Below are positions 57,409 through 64,000 of a DNA stretch of 64,000 nt, piece after piece (position 1 is the first letter of the stretch; every line of letters starts with the position of its first letter). The notes under the pieces were generated by a model that saw only the letters and a program-made list of their open reading frames with translations, was not told where the DNA came from and did not search any database. The translations under genes were made by a program, and so were the position numbers. This stretch comes from Ignavibacteriota bacterium (GTDB lineage Bacteria; Bacteroidota; Ignavibacteria; Palsa-1295). The stretch is taken from the NCBI GenBank assembly GCA_963787835.1, contig CAWBEI010000002.1:1248001-1312000 (forward strand). The letters run 5' to 3'.

Positions 57409-59256
57409 ATGCCTGATTTGCCAGAGATAACCGCTCGCCCGAACCACATTCCACTTCGTGATTTTTTTCGCAATCCTGAGCGAACAGCTTATAGAATTTC
57501 TCCCGATGGTAAGTTCGTCTCTCATACAGAACCGCTCGAGCGCCGGATGAATGTGTTCGTCGAGCCTCGCGGTGAGATCGGGCAAGGGAAATCCGTCCGT
57601 GTTACGTCCGAAACCACGCGGGACATCACCAGCTACGGTTGGAAGAATAACGACACCCTCATCTACGTCCGAGATTTCGATGGCGATGAAAATTTTCACC
57701 TTTTTGCCGTCGATAAGGAAGGCAAGAACGCACGCGATCTTACGCCATTCCCAGGGGTAAAAGTGGAAATTGTCGATGAACTGGAGGATATCGATAACGA
57801 GGTCTTGATCGGAATGAACAAGCGCGATCCCGAATGCTTCGATGTGTATCGGGTGAACATCATGACCGGTGCAATGTCGCTGGTTACCGAAAATCCCGGC
57901 GGAATTGTGCAATGGGGAACCGACCACACGGGTGCCGTCCGCATCGCGATCCGTACCGATGGAGTGAACAATACGCTGCTGTATCGTGACAAGGAAGGTG
58001 ACGAGTTCCGCGAGATCCTCACCACCACCTTTAAGGAATCGCTCTTTCCACTCTTTTTTACATTCGATAATGCCGCCATCTACGCTGCGAGCAATCTGGG
58101 CCGAGATCGAATCGCAATTGTCAAGTACGATATTGCGAATGCTCGGGAACTTGAAGTCATTTTCGAGCACCCGGAAGTGGATGTCGATGGTCTGGAATTT
58201 TCTCGTAAGCGAAATGTGCTGACCACCATCCGTTACACCACCTGGAAGATGCAGCGGGAGTTCCTGGATGAGATCACGAAAGACCTCTTTGCACGGCTAA
58301 CAGCTAAACTTCCCAACTATGAACTGACGCTGATCGATCATACGAAGGACGAGCAGGTCTTTATCGTCAGAACGTCCAGCGACCGCTCGCTGGGAGCATT
58401 CTATCTCTATGATCTTGCAGCCGACCGGCTCGATAAGCTTGCCGATGTTGCTTCATGGCTTCCGGAAGATCAACTTGCACCGATGAAGCCTATTACATAC
58501 ACCTCACGGGATGGGCTGACGATCCATGGCTATCTCACACTTCCGGTTGGGATAGAAGCAAAGAATCTGCCCGTCGTGGTTAATCCTCATGGCGGGCCGT
58601 GGGTGCGTGATGAGTGGAGATACAATCCGGAAGTGCAGTTTCTGGCAAGTAGGGGGTATGCTGTGTTGCAGGTGAACTATCGAGGTTCAACCGGATATGG
58701 CCGCAAGTTCTGGGAAGCATCCTTCAAGCAATGGGGAAGGAAAATGCAGGACGATGTCAGCGATGGTGTGCAGTGGCTTATCAAGGAAGGCATTGCCGAT
58801 CCGAACCGAGTCGGCATCTATGGCGGAAGTTATGGCGGATATTGCACGTTGGCCGGGCTTACCTTCTCGCCGGAGCTGTATGCCTGTGGTATTGATTATG
58901 TGGGCGTTTCCAATCTGTTCACCTTTATGAAGACGATCCCACCCTATTGGAAGCCCATGCTGGAATCCATGTATGAAATGGTCGGGAACCCGGAGAAGGA
59001 CATGGAACTCATGAGAGCCGCGAGTCCCGTGTTCCATGTGGATAATATTCGCGCGCCGCTATTTGTTATTCAGGGTGCAAAGGATCCGCGTGTGAACATC
59101 GAAGAATCGAACCAGATTGTCGAAGCACTCCGAAAACGAGGCATCGACGTGCCGTATCTCGTAAAGGAAAACGAAGGTCACGGCTTCCACAACGAAGAGA
59201 ACCGCTTCGAAGTCTATGAAGCCATGGAAGGATTTTTAGAGAAACATTTGAATTAA
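57409..59256 (+). CDS. S9 family (prolyl oligopeptidase / acylaminoacyl) peptidase
   Basis: PHGGP, NYRGSTGYG, GGSYGG, DPRV and EGHGF catalytic-triad motifs. Confidence 0.93.
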   Translation: MPDLPEITARPNHIPLRDFFRNPERTAYRISPDGKFVSHTEPLERRMNVFVEPRGEIGQGKSVRVTSETTRDITSYGWKNNDTLIYVRDFDGDENFHLFAVDKEGKNARDLTPFPGVKVEIVDELEDIDNEVLIGMNKRDPECFDVYRVNIMTGAMSLVTENPGGIVQWGTDHTGAVRIAIRTDGVNNTLLYRDKEGDEFREILTTTFKESLFPLFFTFDNAAIYAASNLGRDRIAIVKYDIANARELEVIFEHPEVDVDGLEFSRKRNVLTTIRYTTWKMQREFLDEITKDLFARLTAKLPNYELTLIDHTKDEQVFIVRTSSDRSLGAFYLYDLAADRLDKLADVASWLPEDQLAPMKPITYTSRDGLTIHGYLTLPVGIEAKNLPVVVNPHGGPWVRDEWRYNPEVQFLASRGYAVLQVNYRGSTGYGRKFWEASFKQWGRKMQDDVSDGVQWLIKEGIADPNRVGIYGGSYGGYCTLAGLTFSPELYACGIDYVGVSNLFTFMKTIPPYWKPMLESMYEMVGNPEKDMELMRAASPVFHVDNIRAPLFVIQGAKDPRVNIEESNQIVEALRKRGIDVPYLVKENEGHGFHNEENRFEVYEAMEGFLEKHLN

Positions 59257-59294
59257 CCGGGAATACGAATTTGAGTATAATGCAATGATGCGAA

Positions 59295-60296
59295 CTACAC
59301 AATCAAGCCCATCTTCCGCTTCACATCGATTAATCGTGGTTCCGAAATGCCGCGGGCTTTTTCGGCGCCGAGTTTCATCAGGCGTTCGAGTTCCGCGCGG
59401 TGGGAGATGATCTCGCGGTGGCGTGCACGTATCCGCTCGGTGGATGAGATTACCACTTCAGCAACAGCTTTTTTCAGATCGCCATAGCCGCGCGCATTTG
59501 CAAAATCCAATTCCACAGCTTCCTGCGATTTTCCGGTCAGCGCCTGATAGATCGTAAGCAGATTGTTGACACCAGCCTTTTCAATATCTTTCGAAAAACG
59601 AATTTCGGAACCCGAATCTGTTTTTGAGCGCATGATGGAGCGCTCAATGTCCTTCGGATCATCGAGGAGTCGAATCGCATGACCTTTTATATGCGCCGAG
59701 CTTTTCGACATTTTTGCAGTTGGATCGTCGAGTCCCATTATTCGAGCGCCGGCAGCGGCGATCACCGGCTCGGGAACGATGAACGTCTCGCCATACAGGT
59801 GATTGAACCGCTCCGCAATATTACGCGCAAGTTCCACATGCTGCTTCTGGTCCTCGCCAACAGGAACGTCGTGTGTATCGTAGAATAGAATGTCCGCCGC
59901 CATAAGGACAGGATAATCGAACAGGCCGGTGAGTACGATCTCCTGCTTCGCCGATTTATCCTTATACTGCGTCATCTTTTTCAGCCATCCTTCGGGAGTG
60001 ATGCAGTTGAGCAACCACGCGCCTTCGGCATGAACGGTCACATGGCTTTGCACAAAGAGCGTACTTTTATTCGGGTCGAGGCCCACAGCGAGAAAAAGTG
60101 CCAGTAGTTCGAGCGTTCGCTCGCGCAGCATCTGCGGATCCTGCATCACGGTGAGCGCGTGCAGATCCACAATGCAGTAGATATTATCCTTCTCTGCATC
60201 GTTCTGTAACTCCACCCACCGCCGTACCGCACCGATATAGTTACCAATGTGGATCATCTCCGAGGGTTGTATGCCGCTAAAGACTCGTCGTTTCAA
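59295..60296 (-). CDS. trpS: Tryptophan--tRNA ligase
   Basis: SGIQPS, HIGNY, YPVLMAADIL, VGEDQ.QH and KMSKS motifs. Confidence 0.97.
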   Translation of the reverse strand: MKRRVFSGIQPSEMIHIGNYIGAVRRWVELQNDAEKDNIYCIVDLHALTVMQDPQMLRERTLELLALFLAVGLDPNKSTLFVQSHVTVHAEGAWLLNCITPEGWLKKMTQYKDKSAKQEIVLTGLFDYPVLMAADILFYDTHDVPVGEDQKQHVELARNIAERFNHLYGETFIVPEPVIAAAGARIMGLDDPTAKMSKSSAHIKGHAIRLLDDPKDIERSIMRSKTDSGSEIRFSKDIEKAGVNNLLTIYQALTGKSQEAVELDFANARGYGDLKKAVAEVVISSTERIRARHREIISHRAELERLMKLGAEKARGISEPRLIDVKRKMGLIV

Positions 60297-60305
60297 TGTC
60301 CTATT

Positions 60306-60644
60306 TCACCGCTTCAAATGTTCAATAAACTCACGCAATCCGTTCCAAACGTTGTCGCGATCATGGGAGAAAAGAATTCCGATCTTATCTTCAACTCTCG
60401 ACATCAGCAGCGTGCTCAATTTTTCGGCTCGGACAGTGGATGGCCGCATAAGGTTGCTCGCACGCCAATCCTCGATGGGAATATCATTTCCCCTTTTCGG
60501 AGCTTTTGTGGTAATGCGAGCCAGTAAAAGGTCGCCATCTTCTTGAAAAGAGAGAACCAAGGCAGGACGAAGTTTTTCGCGAGTACCGTCGCTGAAGGGA
60601 TATTCGATCAGGACGATGTCCCCGAATTGGAATTGCTCCGCCAT
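60306..60644 (-). CDS. PemK/MazF family toxin
   Basis: GDIVLI.YPFSD...K.RPALVLS...ITT signature. Confidence 0.85.
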   Translation of the reverse strand: MAEQFQFGDIVLIEYPFSDGTREKLRPALVLSFQEDGDLLLARITTKAPKRGNDIPIEDWRASNLMRPSTVRAEKLSTLLMSRVEDKIGILFSHDRDNVWNGLREFIEHLKR

Positions 60645-60850
60645 GCGTGATAGTGATCGTAAATGGAATCTTCTTCGTCATACCCTTCGAAGAACGACTC
60701 GAAGGCCATTCGTTCCCACGCTTCATCTTCCGAACGTTCAACATTCAGCGGCCGAGCGACGATTTCGACTTTCTGGCCTTGAGGAAATGGCAATGAAAGG
60801 ACGACCTGTCCCTGTTGGTTCACCGTTGCCTGGCCATGATACGTTTGCAT
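60608..60850 (-). CDS. Putative antitoxin
   Basis: Small ORF overlapping the toxin start; beta-rich N-terminus and acidic tail EEDSIYD. Confidence 0.65.
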   Translation of the reverse strand: MQTYHGQATVNQQGQVVLSLPFPQGQKVEIVARPLNVERSEDEAWERMAFESFFEGYDEEDSIYDHYHAWRSNSNSGTSS

Positions 60851-60932
60851 AAAAAGGCGAACGAAATATGCACTGTGGAAGTGCCCATGTCATAGTGAAT
60901 CATTAGGGTATCTCAAGCGTACTACATGCCCA

Positions 60933-62837
60933 ATGTGTGGCATAGGCGGCGTATTCGATTTTGGCTATCAGTCCAGACCGGAAATAACTCCGGAGCTGCT
61001 CACGCGCATGTCCGATGCGATGGTGCATCGCGGGCCGGACGATGCGGGCTTTTACATCACCCCATCGGGTATTTGCGGTCTCACATTTCGCCGCCTCGCG
61101 ATCATAGATCTCACGTCCGCCGGCCATCAGCCGATGATCTCGCCGGATGGGCGATTTGCGCTTGTGTTTAACGGCGAAATTTACAATCACCGCACCATTC
61201 GCGCCGAGTTAGAAGCGAAGGGGTATAAATACAGATCTCAATCCGACACCGAGACCATCCTGTACGCCTATCAGGAGTGGGGCGAAGCGTGTCTCGAGAA
61301 ATTCTTTGGCATGTTCGCCATCGCGATATGGGATAATGAGAAAAAAGAGCTATTTTGCGCGCGCGACCGCATAGGAATCAAGCCGCTTTATTATGCCACT
61401 CCTAATGGGCGCTTTCTTTTTGGGAGCGAAATAAAAGTCTTGCTTCAGCATCCTGCGCTCAATGCTCGATTGAATGAAAATGCATTGCCGCACTATCTTT
61501 CGATCATGATGCCGCCCGCGCCCGAGACCATGTTCGAAGGAATTTATAAACTCGAAGCAGGACACTCGCTTCGCATTGATTCGAACGGGAATATCACCAA
61601 ACGGCAGTGGTGGTCGCTTTTAAATGCCGGTTCGCCGCTTGAAAATATCCGCGAAGAAGAAGCTATAGAAGAAATTCGTCGATTGCTCCGTCAGTCGATC
61701 AAAGATCGCATGATGTCTGACGTCCCGTTCGGTGTGTTCCTTTCCGGCGGGATCGATTCCAGCCTGAATGTTGCGCTGATGGCAGAATTAATGTCGCGCC
61801 CGGTGCAGACATTTTCCGTTGGCTTCAAGGATCTCGAAAAATATAACGAGATGCAATATGCTCGTTCGATCGCAAAAAAATTCGGCACGGATCATCACGA
61901 AGTTCTTATCGATTCCCACGATGCGGAAGGCGTGCTCTCCAATCTCGCGTGGCATGAGGATGAGCCAAATGGCGATCCGGTTTGCATTCCGCTTTATTTC
62001 GTCAGCAAACTCGCGCGCGATTCTGGAACCATCGTTGTGCAGGTCGGGGAGGGTTCCGATGAGGAATTCGGAGGCTATAAACAGCAGGTGCGCGATATTA
62101 AGCTCTATGAGAAAGGGTGGAATCCCTTAATGCAGGTCACGCCGAAGATCGTACGCCGTGCTGCATACATGGCCGGAAGTCCGCTGGTGAAGAATCCACT
62201 CGTTCGAGAATATATGAGGCGGTTTTCGGAGGGTGAAGAGCTATTCTGGGGCGGTGCAATGGCGTTTACGGAAGAACACAAGCGAGCAATGCTGACAAAC
62301 TATTCGGAGAAAGCATCATCCCTATATTTTGCAGAGCAATGGCACAAAGAAGTGCTAAGCAAATATCCCGGCACAGAATACATGCGCCGGATGATGTACT
62401 TGGAATTCCGCCAGCGGTTGCCGGAGCTTCTTCTGATGCGTGTCGATAAGATCGGAATGGCAACCAGCATCGAAGCGCGCGTTCCGTTCCTGGATCATCG
62501 CGTAGTAGAATTTGCATTCCGTTTGCCACGACGCATAAAACTTGGACCGAACGATGTGCCGAAATATATTTTGAAAAAGGCTTCGGAAGGAATTCTTCCG
62601 AACGAACATATCTATCGCAAGAAGATGGGCTTCGCGGCGCCGGTGAATGAGTGGCTGAAGACCGATCTCAAGCAATTCCTTGAGGATCACCTCTTCCAAA
62701 GTGAATTGCTAAAGACGCATACAAATTTAAGTTACGTTAGAAGCCTCGTTCGCGAGCATCAATCCGGTGGGCGAAATAACGGACAGTTGTTGTGGTCGCT
62801 GCTGAATTTGGCGTTGTGGGAAGAACGGTTCCTATAG
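60933..62837 (+). CDS. asnB: Asparagine synthase (glutamine-hydrolysing) family amidotransferase
   Basis: MCGI, HRGPD, NGEIYN, FLSGGIDSS and EARVPFLD motifs. Confidence 0.92.
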   Translation: MCGIGGVFDFGYQSRPEITPELLTRMSDAMVHRGPDDAGFYITPSGICGLTFRRLAIIDLTSAGHQPMISPDGRFALVFNGEIYNHRTIRAELEAKGYKYRSQSDTETILYAYQEWGEACLEKFFGMFAIAIWDNEKKELFCARDRIGIKPLYYATPNGRFLFGSEIKVLLQHPALNARLNENALPHYLSIMMPPAPETMFEGIYKLEAGHSLRIDSNGNITKRQWWSLLNAGSPLENIREEEAIEEIRRLLRQSIKDRMMSDVPFGVFLSGGIDSSLNVALMAELMSRPVQTFSVGFKDLEKYNEMQYARSIAKKFGTDHHEVLIDSHDAEGVLSNLAWHEDEPNGDPVCIPLYFVSKLARDSGTIVVQVGEGSDEEFGGYKQQVRDIKLYEKGWNPLMQVTPKIVRRAAYMAGSPLVKNPLVREYMRRFSEGEELFWGGAMAFTEEHKRAMLTNYSEKASSLYFAEQWHKEVLSKYPGTEYMRRMMYLEFRQRLPELLLMRVDKIGMATSIEARVPFLDHRVVEFAFRLPRRIKLGPNDVPKYILKKASEGILPNEHIYRKKMGFAAPVNEWLKTDLKQFLEDHLFQSELLKTHTNLSYVRSLVREHQSGGRNNGQLLWSLLNLALWEERFL

Positions 62838-62838
62838 A

Positions 62839-64000
62839 TCATTCCTCCGGTACAACCGGTTTCCCTGTCTCGTAATCGAATAAAGTTTTCTGTGTAAGAT
62901 CAGCGAGCGCAAGATGCTCGGCTACTTCCGCCGTTAGTGCAGAAACCCGTGCATGGGTTACTCGTTGCTGTGCAAGCGTTAGATCCTGCGAGGTGATCTT
63001 ACCCGCGTCGAATCGGTCGCGAGAAAGCGAGTATGCTTTTTCTGCGACCGTTACCGATTTCTTCGCAACTTCCACCTGCTTTTTTGCAGCTTCGATCTGA
63101 TCGACCGCGCTTAGAACTTCCTGCTTGACCTGCTCCTCTTTTAGCGAGAGCGCCGTCTGGCCAAGATCGATCCCGCTTTGAGCTGCCTCCATTCGCAAGG
63201 AATGCGCCCCCCAGTCGAAGATGGGGATGGTGATCGAAAGTGTAAGAGTGCGGTTGAGGTATGGGTTCTCCGCAATCTGTGATAGCGAGGTAACATACGG
63301 AGTTGTGGCACCGATCGAGCCGCTGAGCGATGCATAGATCGTACGATCGTTCCCAGTTTTTGCAAGATTATCTTCACTGTACGTGATGGATTGCCGTGCT
63401 GCGAGCACATCCTCGCGATTGGACATCGCTGAGTGAATGGCGCTCTCGCGATCGATGGAAATATCTACTTCAGGCAGCGTATCGAGCCGTGCCGAAAGTG
63501 AATCGCTGAAGGAAAGTCCAAGTGCAATTTCGAGATCACGCTGTGCTGCCGAGCAAAGACGCTCATCATTGAAGAGATCCGTTTGTGAGGCGGCAAGATC
63601 TGCTTCAAGCTGCAGCTTATCAACTTCGGCAATAAGGCCTGCCTTGTATTTATTGTCGGCAAGATCGAAATTGGATTGACTCGCCGATACTTCATCCTTC
63701 TGAATTTGGAGTTGTTCTTCGGCCTGATAGAGGGAGTAGAAAAGGCTCTTAATGGAATAATTGAGAGATGCCCATTGGGTGGCATACTGCGCGCGCGCGT
63801 CTTCGAGTGCCATATCGGATTCGTGCGACGTGATCGCCATTTCGTTCGCCTTGAAGATCGGTTGGTTGATCGCGATATTCCCGCCTCCGAAGTATTGATT
63901 TAGTGCAGGGCCAGTCGTTCCGAGTTGGGTCTGGTGATAGAGGTTCCCAGTAATGGAAAGCGTACCGCCCGTCCACGCGATCGGTTGGGAAATAGAAATG
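62839..64000 (-). CDS. TolC family outer-membrane efflux protein, partial (5' end beyond the window)
   Basis: IPIFDWG, Y.AGL and F.AGKI OEP repeats; the frame stays open to the window end. Confidence 0.85.
   Translation of the reverse strand, partial: ISISQPIAWTGGTLSITGNLYHQTQLGTTGPALNQYFGGGNIAINQPIFKANEMAITSHESDMALEDARAQYATQWASLNYSIKSLFYSLYQAEEQLQIQKDEVSASQSNFDLADNKYKAGLIAEVDKLQLEADLAASQTDLFNDERLCSAAQRDLEIALGLSFSDSLSARLDTLPEVDISIDRESAIHSAMSNREDVLAARQSITYSEDNLAKTGNDRTIYASLSGSIGATTPYVTSLSQIAENPYLNRTLTLSITIPIFDWGAHSLRMEAAQSGIDLGQTALSLKEEQVKQEVLSAVDQIEAAKKQVEVAKKSVTVAEKAYSLSRDRFDAGKITSQDLTLAQQRVTHARVSALTAEVAEHLALADLTQKTLFDYETGKPVVPEE

Overview
64 kb of bacterial chromosome, most likely from the FCB group (Bacteroidota/Ignavibacteria/Kapabacteria-like). 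This is inferred from six type IX secretion (T9SS) C-terminal-domain proteins, several outer-membrane beta-barrels and TAnnTTTG-like promoter motifs. Most genes are housekeeping (plsC, aldehyde and acyl-CoA dehydrogenases, lemA/TPM, pta, surE, ftsX, ispD, plsY, gpsA, scpA-scpB-rluB, trpS, asnB, TolC). Four regions stand out. (1) A 16 kb potassium-uptake locus (25966-41979) contains canonical kdpFABC plus a second, divergently transcribed KdpA whose selectivity-filter motifs are rewritten. It also has a KdpD sensor fused to a PTS EIIA domain instead of a kinase, a separate histidine kinase, a sigma54 activator with a candidate promoter and enhancer, a porin and a KimA-like APC transporter. (2) A cluster of two ATP-grasp ligases, a GNAT and a lysine 2,3-aminomutase, with a structured kamA leader. 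(3) Several families of inverted-repeat-bounded elements sit almost exactly between stop and start codons: one carries a four-helix-bundle gene, one a GIY-YIG nuclease and one is empty. A further REP doublet is inserted in frame in a signal peptide. (4) A tandem array of five diverged T9SS beta-propeller genes has homogenised 3' ends. rluB carries a 1-nt frameshift. No rRNA, tRNA, CRISPR array, integrase or reverse transcriptase was recognised. All calls come from reading motifs by eye; no searches were run.
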